A DNA stretch of 64,000 nucleotides from NCBI GenBank assembly GCA_017961265.1, contig JAGCXN010000036.1, forward strand, positions 60,322 to 124,321, in the 5' to 3' direction. Positions within the stretch are counted from its first letter, which is position 1. The number at the start of each line of letters is the position of its first letter. The DNA comes from Bacteroidales bacterium (GTDB lineage: Bacteria > Bacteroidota > Bacteroidia > Bacteroidales > WCHB1-69). The notes below the pieces were generated by a model. The model did not search any database. It was not told where the DNA came from and saw nothing but the letters and a program-made list of their open reading frames with translations. Shown here piece by piece: positions 27,324 to 37,780 of the stretch. A program made the position numbers and the translations under genes.

Positions 27324-29936
27324 ATGGACCTGAACAACTTAACTATCAAATCACAAGAAGCGATTGCCAAGGCGCAGATGATTGCCGCCAGCAACCAGCA
27401 GCAACAGATTGACACCTGCCACCTTCTGAAGGCCCTGATCGAAACCGACGAAAATGTTATAGGATACCTTCTCAAGAAACAGGAGTCTGACTTAAAAGTC
27501 GTGTCCCAGATTTTGGACCGGCAGATCAACAGCATACCCAAAGTGAGCGGTGGCAACGTCTATCTTTCAGGCGGGGCGCAGACGGCCTTGCAGAAAGCCA
27601 TCCTCTACGCCCAGCAGCAGGGCGACGAGTTCGTCTCGCTCGAGCACTTCTTCTACGGAATCTTGATGGCCGGCGACAACACGTCGCGGATACTGAAGGA
27701 TGCCGGCGTGACGGAAAAAGGCACCGAGGAGGCCATCAAGAGCCTGCGGCGCGGGTCAAAGGTGACCAGCGCGGACAGCGAGGACACCTACAACGCCCTC
27801 AACAAGTACGCCACCAACCTCAACGAAGCCGCCCGTAAGGGCAAGCTCGACCCAGTCATCGGCCGTGACGAGGAGATCCGGCGGGTGCTGCAAATCCTGT
27901 CGCGCCGTACCAAGAACAACCCGATTCTGATCGGTGAGCCGGGTGTAGGTAAGACCGCCATTGCGGAAGGCCTCGCCCACCGTCTGGTCAGCGGCGATAT
28001 TCCGGAAAACTTGAAAACCAAGCAGCTGTACTCTTTGGACATGGGTGCGTTGGTGGCCGGCGCCAAGTACAAGGGCGAGTTCGAGGAACGTCTGAAAAGC
28101 GTCATCAAGGAGGTCATCGACTCCAACGGCGAGATCATCCTCTTCATTGATGAAATCCACACGCTGGTCGGAGCCGGCGCGTCCGGTGAGGGCGCGATGG
28201 ACGCGGCCAACATTTTGAAGCCGGCGCTGGCCCGTGGCGAGCTGCGCTCCATCGGTGCCACCACCCTCAACGAATACCAGAAGTATTTCGAGAAGGACAA
28301 GGCCCTCGAACGCCGTTTCCAACCCGTGCTCATCAGCGAGCCGGACAAGTATTCCGCCATCTCCATCCTGCGTGGCCTGAAAGAACGTTACGAGAACCAC
28401 CACCACGTGCGGATTCTCGACGACGCCATCATCGCCGCCGTCGAACTCTCGCAGCGGTACATCACCGACCGTTTCCTGCCCGACAAGGCAATCGACCTTA
28501 TCGACGAGGCGGCGGCCAAGCTGAAGCTCGAAATCAACTCCAAACCTGAGGCGCTGGACGAAATCGAGCGTAAAATCAGGCAGTTGGAAATCGAGCGAGA
28601 GGCCATCAAGCGCGAAAACGCCGACGACAAAGTCACCGCACTCAGCAAAACTATCTCCGAACTTAACGAGCAACGCAACGCCCTTACCACCAAGTGGCAG
28701 GCCGAAAAGGATATCGTTGACAAGATCCAGCACAACAAGAAACTTATCGAGGATTACAAACTGGAGGCTGCAAATGAGGAACGTCAGGGCAACTACGGAC
28801 GTGTGGCGGAACTCCGCTACGGCCTCATCAAGAATGCCGAAAACGAGATTGCGCAGTTGCAACAAGACCTCACCGTGGTGCAAGGCGACCGCGCCATGAT
28901 TGACGAAGAGGTGGGCGAGGACGACATCGCCGATGTGGTCTCCCGCTGGACCGGCATCCCCGTCAGCAAGATGATGCAGAGCGAAAAGTCGAAGCTGCTC
29001 CACTTGGAGGAGGAGCTCCACAAGCGTGTGGTCGGTCAGGACGAGGCCATCAGTGCCGTCGCCGACGCCATCCGCCGGAGCCGTGCCGGCCTTCAGGACA
29101 GCAAGCGTCCTATCGGCTCGTTCATCTTCATGGGCACCACCGGCGTCGGCAAGACCGAGCTGGCGAAGGCACTCGCCGAATACCTGTTCAACACGGAAGA
29201 AGCCATCATCCGGTTCGATATGAGCGAATTCCAAGAGAAGCACACGGTCTCCCGTCTCATCGGAGCGCCTCCAGGATACGTCGGTTACGACGAAGGCGGC
29301 GAGCTGACGGACAAGATCCGTCGCCGCCCTTACTCCGTCATCCTCTTCGACGAAATCGAGAAAGCGCACCCCGACGTGTTCAACATCCTCTTGCAAGTGC
29401 TGGACGACGGGCGGCTCACCGACAACAAGGGCCGTGTCGCCGACTTCAAGAACACCATCATCATCATGACCTCTAACCTCGGTTCCGACATCATCCAGGC
29501 CAACTAGACCGAGGCGGGCAACCTCAGCGACGAGGAGCTGTTTGAACGGACAAAGGCCGAAGTCAGCGCCCTGCTGAAGAAGACGTTGCGTCCGGAGTTT
29601 CTCAACCGTATCGACGAAATCGTGATGTTCCAGCCGCTGTCGAAACGCGAAATCCGCGACATCGTCAAAATGCAGATCCGCAATTTGAATGGGCTGCTCG
29701 AACAGCAGAATATCCGCGTGGAATTCACCAAGTACGCCCTCGAGCAGCTGGTAGAACTCGGTTACGAGCCGATGTACGGCGCCCGTCCACTGAAGCGGGT
29801 CATCCAGAAGAAAATCCTCAATGAACTCTCCAAGTTCATTTTGGAAGGCAACGTCGAAAAGGAAGGCACCATTATGGTGGACAGTCTGGAAGATGGCAAG
29901 TTTGTATTCTTCAACAAGAAGGAAGAAAACAAATGA
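27324..29936 (+). pseudogene. clpB: ClpB chaperone interrupted by one in-frame TAG at 29505-29507
   Basis: Two AAA+ modules ([16 protein letters not shown]) and an M-domain coil. After ...IIQAN* the same frame continues TEAG...LRPEFLNRIDE...YGARPLKR to TGA at 29936. Confidence 0.85.
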
Positions 29937-29959
29937 CAAATCTAATAATATCCATCAAC

Positions 29960-29994
29960 AAAAAAATCCGAGGAGAAATCCTCGGATTTTTTTT
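29960..29994. terminator. Bidirectional intrinsic terminator between clpB and tRNA-Pro
   Basis: aaaaaatccgagga-gaaa-tcctcggatttttttt. Confidence 0.85.
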
Positions 29995-29999
29995 GAACG

Positions 30000-30073
30000 T
30001 CGGGGTGAGAAGACTCGAACTTCCGACCCCTTGCACCCCATGCAAGTACGCTAGCCAACTGCGCCACACCCCG
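30000..30073 (-). tRNA. tRNA-Pro (GGG)
   Basis: Reverse complement CGGGGTG...CTTGC-ATGGGGT-GCAAG...GTTCGAGT...CACCCCGA cloverleaf. Confidence 0.93.
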
Positions 30074-30136
30074 TTCTTTTTTGAGGCTGCAAAAGTACAA
30101 AAATTTCCTTTTGCTATACTCCTTTTTCAAAAAAAT

Positions 30137-30727
30137 TTATTTTTTACAAAACGTTGCTTCCGAAAGCCATTTCCGATACAAAATCATCATCAAAATAGCA
30201 TAGCAACTTCCTACTATAAAACCACATAGAATATCTAACGGATAATGCACCCCTAGATAAAGGCGACTATAGGCAAGCAGAAGCGACCATAGGATTGCCA
30301 TCACCGCCACCCATTTTTTGCCTTTGGAAAGGAAGAAAATGACCAGAAATGCCAGCGCCATCGAGTTAGCAGCGTGCGCCGACGGAAATCCGTAGTTTCC
30401 TCCGAAATAACGATTGCCGTCCGGCTGCTGCACCAAGTGGATGTCGGTCGCAATGGCTTCCGTATGCGACGGACGGAGCCGTAGGACACTGTTTTTCACA
30501 AGATTGCAGGTCTGGTCGGTAAGCGTGATGGTCAGGACGAAAACTGCCAAAACCATCCAGCCTTTTTTTCTGTAAAATTTGAAAACCAGAAAAATGAGCA
30601 ACAGGTAGAGCGGCGTCCAAAACCAAATCTGCGAAAAGAGATAGACGAAACGGTCGGCCCACGGCGCGTGCAGACCATTGAAGAACAGAAACAGTTCCGT
30701 ATCGAGCTGAAGGAGCCTTTCCATCAT
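30137..30727 (-). CDS. PAP2-family membrane phosphatase
   Basis: KNSVLRLRP, FPSAH, SRLYLGVHYPLD motifs. Confidence 0.93.
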   Translation of the reverse strand: MMERLLQLDTELFLFFNGLHAPWADRFVYLFSQIWFWTPLYLLLIFLVFKFYRKKGWMVLAVFVLTITLTDQTCNLVKNSVLRLRPSHTEAIATDIHLVQQPDGNRYFGGNYGFPSAHAANSMALAFLVIFFLSKGKKWVAVMAILWSLLLAYSRLYLGVHYPLDILCGFIVGSCYAILMMILYRKWLSEATFCKK

Positions 30728-31902
30728 TCAAAATCTGGATAAAGCAGGTATTTTTTGCGCATCTGCTTGAATTCATCAAGCTGCGGCTGCCACGAGGCAC
30801 GGATTTCGGATTCGGTACGGTGCGACAATATTTGTTTACGCAACTGGTCCGTACCGGCCAGCTTGTCGAAAAAAGCGATATTGGTGAAAAATTCCGTCTG
30901 GTTCTGCGGGAAGTTCTCAAAAGCGGTAAGCACGTAACTGACCGAAAAAGCATTGGTGGAATCCAGCATCCTGCTAGCATAGCTGGTGAGGTCAAAACCG
31001 CGGCAGTCAAGCCCTTTCTGGGGCGGGTTTTCGGAAACGCCCTTGATAGGGTGCGGAGTGAAGTGAAAGTCACCGGTTTTCAACGATGGGTGTCCGTAAA
31101 CTTGGAACGGAGTCGGAGTACCGCGCCCCACACTGATAGCCGTACCTTCGAACAGACACAGTGACGGATAGAGGTAGATAGCCTCGTCGGTCTGCAGGTT
31201 CGGCGACGGCGCTACTGGCAGCGAATAGCGCGTGCGGTGCGTGTAGCCCGTCATCGGCACCACCGTCAGGTCGCAAGTGACACCGTTGGCCAGCCAACCC
31301 TCTCCGTTCACCATGCGGGCATACTCCCCTATCGTCATCCCATGGACGACCGGAACAGGGTGCATTCCCACAAACGATCTGTATTTCAGGTCGAGAACGG
31401 GGCCATCGACGAAGTAGCCATTTGGGTTCGGACGATCTAAAACAATGACGGAAACGCCGTTTTCCGCCGCCGCCTCCATCACATAACTCAATGTCGAAAT
31501 ATAGGTATAGAACCGGCAACCGACATCCTGAATGTCGAAAACCACAACATCCAATCCTTTCATCTGCTCCAGTGTCGGCTTCTTGTTCTTGCCATAAAGC
31601 GATACAATCGAAATCCCTGTCTTTGCATCCACAGAGGAGCTGATGGAAGCGCCCGCCTCAGCTTCACCACGGAAGCCATGTTCGGGACAGAAAATGGACA
31701 CTACGTTCACCTTGCGTGCAACCAACGTGTCCACAAGATGAACTTTCCCGACAATGGAAGTCTGGTTGGCGCATACTGCCACCTTTTTCCCGTCAAGAAG
31801 GGGAAGATAATCATCCATATAAGCCGCTCCCACAACAGGCTGGCCTATCGTGGGAGTGACAAGTGCGATAAAAATCGCTATGAAAAAGAATCGTTTATTC
31901 AA
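30724..31902 (-). CDS. DUF1343 / NamZ-like exo-beta-N-acetylmuramidase
   Basis: NQTS, PEHGFRG, SLYG, DIQDVGCRFYTY, LDRPNP, HGMTIGE, PSPNL, FEGT. Probable TTG start at 31902 overlaps the upstream stop. Confidence 0.9.
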   Translation of the reverse strand: MNKRFFFIAIFIALVTPTIGQPVVGAAYMDDYLPLLDGKKVAVCANQTSIVGKVHLVDTLVARKVNVVSIFCPEHGFRGEAEAGASISSSVDAKTGISIVSLYGKNKKPTLEQMKGLDVVVFDIQDVGCRFYTYISTLSYVMEAAAENGVSVIVLDRPNPNGYFVDGPVLDLKYRSFVGMHPVPVVHGMTIGEYARMVNGEGWLANGVTCDLTVVPMTGYTHRTRYSLPVAPSPNLQTDEAIYLYPSLCLFEGTAISVGRGTPTPFQVYGHPSLKTGDFHFTPHPIKGVSENPPQKGLDCRGFDLTSYASRMLDSTNAFSVSYVLTAFENFPQNQTEFFTNIAFFDKLAGTDQLRKQILSHRTESEIRASWQPQLDEFKQMRKKYLLYPDFE

Positions 31903-34411
31903 AGATAATGGCTTTTTGTGCTTTATCAACAGTGAAGTTTCCGAATTTGGCTTTAAGGAAATCCTCACCAACGAGGAACGGAGAAGTGAGGCCCTTTCTT
32001 ACAATCACCTTCACATTCTTAGCTTCATTGTCACCGAGGTTGAAGTCATGGAGAATCAGAACAGAGTTTTCAATGATGGAGCCGTCTTCCGGATCGATTG
32101 CAGCATTGCCTGCTTCGAAGTCCTTGGCAAGAATAATGTGGTCTTTCAGGAAGCGGGTTGCGTCTGCATGGTTCATATAGACCTCCTCTCCAGGAATCAT
32201 CTCAAAGTTGAAAGTCTTGCTATTGGCATAGCAGTTACCTTTTACAACACCCTTAGAGATAGTGACGGGGATGGATTTCTGTTTGTAAACATTGATTTGT
32301 CCAGCTTCAGCCACAGGAGCGATGCTGTCGCCACCGGGCACATAGTCGTCACGAAGGATGTACAATTCGGTACGACGGTTGAGCTGGTGGGCAGCCTCTT
32401 TCTCGTCTTTAGATCCAAGACCTTCGATGTACTTTTCAGTCAATTTCGTACCTTTCTTGAAAGTGAACTGTTTCCGATTATAGGTAACTGTCATATCACG
32501 ATCAAGAACGCGCGGCATATACTCACCATAGCCCTTAGGAACAATACGTGCCGGATCGATACCTTTCTTGTTGACAAGGAAGTCCACGCATGATTGCGCA
32601 CGTTTTTGGGACAATTCCTCATTGTACTTGTCATCTGCACGGGCGTCGGTATGAGAACGGAGTTCCACCACCAACGTCGGATTGTTGGTCATGATGTCAT
32701 AAACGAACATGAGGGAGTCCTCATACTGCTTTTTCAAATCCCATTTTGCCAGATCATAGAGGATTTCAGGCAAAACGATAGGTTCCTTCGGAATCGGGGT
32801 GAGTTGGAAATCCTGCTTGAGGTCGGTATTTTCGGTCAAACCCACCGTAGTCTGGGTGGCGGTGTTTCCATCAGCAAAATATTTGGGCTTGGTAACCGTC
32901 ATCGTAAAGGTGGTGTTGCCTTTGATCTTATCCTTGTCAAATTTGTAATGACCCTTTACGTCCGTCTTGGTCTTGTATGTGGAACCGTCGGAACCGACGA
33001 TTTCCACTTCGGCGCCGTCGATCGGCTGGAGGTTGGCGGCATCCTTTACGAAACCGGCGATGGTATAGACCAGCGGACGGAGGAGGAAGTAGTAGATGTC
33101 ATCGCCACCCTTGCCGCCGGCACGGTTGGAAGAGAAATATCCCTTATCAACATAGGGGCTCTTTGACTTCGGATCAAGAGCGGGGCTGTCGTCAAACATA
33201 ATACCGATTTCATCCGCCTCGGAGTTGATGGGCGACAGGAGGTTTTCGGGAGTCTGGTACTTACCGTTCACAAATTCGGTATAGTAGATATCCAGGCCGC
33301 CAAAGCCATAATGTCCGTCAGAGGAAAAATAGAGGAGGCTGTCGCCGCGGAGGGCGGGGAACACCTCATTGCCGGCCGTATTGACAGCACTGCCGAGGTT
33401 TTCAATCTTGTCAAAAGGTTTGGTCTTCTTGGAACGGGTAGCTTTGTAAAGGTCGTAACCGCCAAATCCGCCGGGCTTGTTGGAAGCAAAGAACAGCGTC
33501 AGTTCATCACCGGAAATAAAGGGATGGACATAGTTAAAGGTGTCGGGGCCAAGGTTCACCAGTTCTGGCTGCGTCCATTCCTTGCCTTTCTTGGTGGTAA
33601 CATAGATGTAGCAGCCTTTCACCTCTTTCTTGTCCTGCGGGCAGAAAGTGTAATAAAGGGCTGTTGCCTTATGGTTCGGAGAAGCCTCACCTTCGTTCAC
33701 GCCCGTATTGATAATCTCATTGTCATCGTAGGAGGCAACGGGCGACCATTCGCCGGGCCACTCAGTGTTGCGGCTCTTCGGAAGTTCGGAAATATAGATG
33801 TCTGAAAAAGCCTGTCCCGTCCACTGGTCAGTCCCTTTACCTTGAGAACCGTCACGGTTGGAGGTGAAGATCATCTGGGTCTTGCGGTCAGGATTACCCC
33901 AACGCGGGGCCCACTCGTCGTAACGGGTGTTCATTTTCTTCAACGGGAAAACCTCATAGCGGGTGGGAGTCTCCTTCCATGTCTTGGCTTTGGAGCAGGA
34001 GGCGATCATCACATCAGCACGGCTGTCTTCGGGTGCACGCTTCTTGAATTCCTGATAATATTTCAATGCAGCGTCGTAGTCACCCTCATTAATCATGATA
34101 TTGCCCAAATGATAAAGCAGCAACGGATTATCTTTCTGATAGTTCTTCTTGTACAGGGATTCGTACTGTTTCTTGGCATGCTTCACATCGCCCATGATAC
34201 GGTAGCACTCGCCAATCTGGTAGGCGACACGGCGCGACTCCACCTTGTTCTTCTTGATTTTGCCTGTAACCTTCTTATATTGTTCCAAAGCCTTCTCATA
34301 TTTGCACGTCCTGAAAGAGTTGTCCGCATCTTTCGTTACTTGCGCATTTAGAGAATAATTGATTAAGAATAAGGAAGTTAGGAGAAAAATGAATACTTTT
34401 TTCACGTTCAT
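31895..34411 (-). CDS. PorE-like TPR / beta-propeller / CRD / OmpA_C protein with a C-terminal retropepsin-like domain
   Basis: TPRs; PD40 motifs (LFFASNKPGGFGGYDLY, YFSSDGHYGFGGLDIY); OmpA motifs SHTD..YNEELSQKRA..NRRTE; about 125 extra C-terminal residues. Confidence 0.88.
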   Translation of the reverse strand: MNVKKVFIFLLTSLFLINYSLNAQVTKDADNSFRTCKYEKALEQYKKVTGKIKKNKVESRRVAYQIGECYRIMGDVKHAKKQYESLYKKNYQKDNPLLLYHLGNIMINEGDYDAALKYYQEFKKRAPEDSRADVMIASCSKAKTWKETPTRYEVFPLKKMNTRYDEWAPRWGNPDRKTQMIFTSNRDGSQGKGTDQWTGQAFSDIYISELPKSRNTEWPGEWSPVASYDDNEIINTGVNEGEASPNHKATALYYTFCPQDKKEVKGCYIYVTTKKGKEWTQPELVNLGPDTFNYVHPFISGDELTLFFASNKPGGFGGYDLYKATRSKKTKPFDKIENLGSAVNTAGNEVFPALRGDSLLYFSSDGHYGFGGLDIYYTEFVNGKYQTPENLLSPINSEADEIGIMFDDSPALDPKSKSPYVDKGYFSSNRAGGKGGDDIYYFLLRPLVYTIAGFVKDAANLQPIDGAEVEIVGSDGSTYKTKTDVKGHYKFDKDKIKGNTTFTMTVTKPKYFADGNTATQTTVGLTENTDLKQDFQLTPIPKEPIVLPEILYDLAKWDLKKQYEDSLMFVYDIMTNNPTLVVELRSHTDARADDKYNEELSQKRAQSCVDFLVNKKGIDPARIVPKGYGEYMPRVLDRDMTVTYNRKQFTFKKGTKLTEKYIEGLGSKDEKEAAHQLNRRTELYILRDDYVPGGDSIAPVAEAGQINVYKQKSIPVTISKGVVKGNCYANSKTFNFEMIPGEEVYMNHADATRFLKDHIILAKDFEAGNAAIDPEDGSIIENSVLILHDFNLGDNEAKNVKVIVRKGLTSPFLVGEDFLKAKFGNFTVDKAQKAIIFE

Positions 34412-34434
34412 ATTATCCGTATTTTACTATATAC

Positions 34435-34484
34435 AAAACGAGCCGCTAAAATAGAAAAATTTTCCAAATTAACGGCTCGTTTTT
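34435..34484 (-). terminator. Stem-loop after secDF
   Basis: aaaacgagccg...cggctcgtttt inverted repeat. Confidence 0.65.
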
Positions 34485-34505
34485 AAAATTATTTTTCACG
34501 AAGAT

Positions 34506-37463
34506 TTACTTCGTGATTTTCTGGCGTGCGACCCTGACTGACTTTGACTTCAAAAGGTCATAAGCAAGCGGGGTTGCAATGTAGATACCGGAATAAGTAC
34601 CGATAAGAATACCTGTACCCATAGCGAAGATGAAGCCACGGATAACCTCTCCACCGAAGATGAAGATGATCAACAGCACGAGGATGGTGGTGCCGCAAGT
34701 ATTGACCGTACGGCCCAAGGTGCTGTTGACAGCATTGTTGAACAACACATAATGATCGCCCTTCGGGGAATTGGTGAAGTTCTCACGAACACGGTCATAG
34801 ATAATCACAACGTTGTTGATGGAGTAACCGATCACCGTCAGGATAGCAGCAATGAACGAAAGGTCAATCTCCATGGAGAACGGGGAAATCTTATAGAACA
34901 AGGAGAAGAGACCGATGGTCAGGATGGTATCGTGCATCAAAGTGAGCACACCGCCGAGACCGAACTGCCAGTTACGGAAACGGATGGCGATGTAGATGAA
35001 GATGGCGATCAAAGAAACGAGGACGGCCCAAATAGCGTCGCGGAGGAGTTCCGCAGCAATGGTGGCCTGCACCTTCTGATAACTCTGGATACCAATGGCA
35101 CCTGCATCAGGTTCAGTGAAGTCGGCATAGGAGACCTCATTCTTGAAGAACGGCTTCAAGGACTTGAACAACATCTCGTAACACTCTTTTTCTGCCTCAG
35201 AAGAATTGTCTTCCACCTTGTAATTGACTGTAACGCGAATCTGGTCATCATTACCGAAAGTCTTAACCTGCGGGCTGCCGCCGAAGACCTCAGTGACAGA
35301 TTCACGAACTGCCGTGGCGTTCACATCCTGGTCAAAACGAACCACATAGTTACGACCGCCAGTGAAGTCAATACCGGGGTTCAAACCGAGGGTGCAGAAG
35401 GAGATGATCATCACAACGATAAGGGCACCAGACAGCGGATAGAACACTTTCTTCATCCGCAGGAAATCGAAATTGGTGTTGGACATCGCATTGATGGTGG
35501 CCTTGTTGCCAAAACGGAGTTCCTTGCCACGAGCCATACGTGCTTCGAATACCATGCGGGAAACGAAGATGGCGGTGAACATAGAGGAGAGGATACCGAT
35601 AATCAACGTGGTGGCAAAACCTTGCACAGGACCGGAACCGAACATGTAGAGGACGATACCAGTGATGAGGGTGGTGACGTTACCATCGATGATGGCGGAG
35701 TAGGCGTTCTTGTAACCGTCTTCCACAGCGAGACGCTGTCCCTTGCCGGCACGAACCTCTTCACGGATACGCTCATAAATAATCACGTTGGCATCAACGG
35801 CCATACCGAGGGTCAACACCAAACCGGCGATACCGGGCAGGGTGAGGACGGCGCCCAAAGAAGCCAGCACACCGATGATGAAGAAAATGTTGCAAAGCAG
35901 GGCAAGGTCAGCCACAAGGCCGGCGCGGTCATAGTAGAGCAACATATAGATCATCACGAGGATGAAAGCAATGAGGAAAGAGAACATACCCTTGTTGATG
36001 GACTCCTTACCAAGGGTCGGACCCACAACTTCGGAGGCGACAATATTCACGCCTACTTCGAGGTTACCGGAGTTAAGGACGGTAGCAAGGTCCTTGGCTT
36101 CGTCAATAGTGAAGTTACCAGAAATCTGGGAACGTCCGTTGGCAATTTCGCTCTGGATGGTCGGGTAGGAATAAACGGTTTCATCAAGGACGATAGCGAT
36201 GTTGGTGTTGCCCTTGGTGGAGCGGTTGTCGATGGCGTTCTTGGTAATGCGCTGCCACTCTTTGGCGGCTTCGCTTTCCATAGCCATTTCAACGATGACG
36301 CGATTGTGCTCGTCCACGTTCTGGCGGGCGTTGCGCACGATACGGGCGCCATTGATGGTCTTACTGCTGAGGCAGGGACCCCATTCGGAAACTTTCTTCA
36401 AAGGAACGAGCGGGAAAGTGTTCTCGTAATTTCTTTCGGCGACACCCCAGTAGTAAACCACATCCTCAATGCCAATTTTTTCGGCGATGGCGGGAAGATA
36501 TTGGCCTACAAGTCCTGTATCAGCCTCTGCGAAGAAGCCGAGAACGAGGCCGTCGCTGCCCTTCACTTTGCTGCGGATGCTCATGATGGCAGTGGAATCT
36601 TTGGAAGTCTCTGCATCCTTAGCAGCTGCTTCGATAGCCTGATCAAACAGGTAACCGATGGTGGCACCATTGTTGATGTCCTTATAGACTTCCCAGAATT
36701 CGAGCTGGGCGGTACTCTTCAAGAGGTCTTCCACACGTTCCTTCTCCTTCACACCAGGAAGTTCGACAAGGATACGGCCACCCTGAACCTTTTCAAGATT
36801 GGGCTGTGCCACACCGAACTTGTCGATACGGGTACGGAGGATAAGGAAAGTCTGGTCGAGGATCTCGTCACGGTTCTTCTTGATGAACTCAATGACTTTG
36901 TCATCAGAGGCGTTCTTGGTGTCCATCTTGTCACCAAAATAGTTGGCGAGGGTGGCGTTATTGAGACCTCTTGATTCTTTGGTCTTGTTGAAGTTGGAGG
37001 CAAAAATATCCACGAAGTCGTTTCCGTTCCGTCCGTTGTCATATTCCTTGATGGCAGCATTGAAACTTTCAATAAAGAGGGAGTCCTTGATACTGGCAAG
37101 GCTGCTGAGCACATCGGGGGTGGAGATTTCGAGGGTGACGTTCATACCGCCCTTAAGGTCAAGACCGAGGTTAAGTTCACGGTACTTGCACTCCTTGTAT
37201 GTGAATCCGAGATAGACGGAGGAGTCACGCATGGCGGCCAGATAATTCCGCTCTCTTTTGGAAACGAGGGAGTCGGTAAGGCGCTTCTTAAGCAGCTCGT
37301 TGTTTCCAGCCTTTTGCACCACCTCACTGATTGCGGCGGGGTCGTTGGCATAGCTCCGTGCATCCTTCTCTACTTTCCACGTCACGAAGGAGAATGACAA
37401 ACAATACAGGCAGACAACGGCAACCAGTATCGTGAAAAATAAGATTAAACCTTTGTTTCGCAT
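34506..37463 (-). CDS. secDF: Protein translocase subunit SecDF (fused)
   Basis: LGLDLKGG, RIDKFGV, GMAVDANVIIYERIREE, GIDFTGG, GYSINNVVIIYDRVRE. Confidence 0.97.
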   Translation of the reverse strand: MRNKGLILFFTILVAVVCLYCLSFSFVTWKVEKDARSYANDPAAISEVVQKAGNNELLKKRLTDSLVSKRERNYLAAMRDSSVYLGFTYKECKYRELNLGLDLKGGMNVTLEISTPDVLSSLASIKDSLFIESFNAAIKEYDNGRNGNDFVDIFASNFNKTKESRGLNNATLANYFGDKMDTKNASDDKVIEFIKKNRDEILDQTFLILRTRIDKFGVAQPNLEKVQGGRILVELPGVKEKERVEDLLKSTAQLEFWEVYKDINNGATIGYLFDQAIEAAAKDAETSKDSTAIMSIRSKVKGSDGLVLGFFAEADTGLVGQYLPAIAEKIGIEDVVYYWGVAERNYENTFPLVPLKKVSEWGPCLSSKTINGARIVRNARQNVDEHNRVIVEMAMESEAAKEWQRITKNAIDNRSTKGNTNIAIVLDETVYSYPTIQSEIANGRSQISGNFTIDEAKDLATVLNSGNLEVGVNIVASEVVGPTLGKESINKGMFSFLIAFILVMIYMLLYYDRAGLVADLALLCNIFFIIGVLASLGAVLTLPGIAGLVLTLGMAVDANVIIYERIREEVRAGKGQRLAVEDGYKNAYSAIIDGNVTTLITGIVLYMFGSGPVQGFATTLIIGILSSMFTAIFVSRMVFEARMARGKELRFGNKATINAMSNTNFDFLRMKKVFYPLSGALIVVMIISFCTLGLNPGIDFTGGRNYVVRFDQDVNATAVRESVTEVFGGSPQVKTFGNDDQIRVTVNYKVEDNSSEAEKECYEMLFKSLKPFFKNEVSYADFTEPDAGAIGIQSYQKVQATIAAELLRDAIWAVLVSLIAIFIYIAIRFRNWQFGLGGVLTLMHDTILTIGLFSLFYKISPFSMEIDLSFIAAILTVIGYSINNVVIIYDRVRENFTNSPKGDHYVLFNNAVNSTLGRTVNTCGTTILVLLIIFIFGGEVIRGFIFAMGTGILIGTYSGIYIATPLAYDLLKSKSVRVARQKITK

Positions 37464-37646
37464 ACGCTAATTACTTGTTTTTTAATTATTTATAATTGTT
37501 TTAGCCTATAAATTTTGCGGGTGCAAATATACAAATTATTTTAAACCAAAACACACCCTTTATTATAAAAAAATAAGGCGGTAAAAACTACTAAAAGATA
37601 CCATCAAACATTAGACGAGGTACGCCTGAGGTCGGATAATCATTTA

Positions 37647-37670
37647 AGACGGGGTACACCCTGTCTCTAC
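37647..37670 (-). repeat. GTAG-type REP-like palindrome
   Basis: Reverse complement GTAG-AGACAGGG-TGTA-CCCCGTCT; related to the element at 44945. Confidence 0.6.
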
Positions 37671-37780
37671 TTTAAAACTTTATGAACTTGATGAACTTTA
37701 TAAACTAAAATGTTGTATTTTTGCCGCCTTGTTTGACAATATTTTATTTATTCATTATTTATAACTTAAACCAATAAACT

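Noticed and set aside
27756-29939. 727-aa antisense ORF over clpB
   Set aside because: Shadow frame of a GC-biased conserved gene with no recognisable motifs; the length match to the truncated ClpB ORF is coincidental.
29960-30140. Integrative element at tRNA-Pro (or at tRNA-Met 3114-3185)
   Set aside because: No integrase and no duplicated tRNA 3' end were seen; the flanks are housekeeping genes.
34752-36974. 740-aa plus-strand ORF
   Set aside because: Antisense shadow of secDF.
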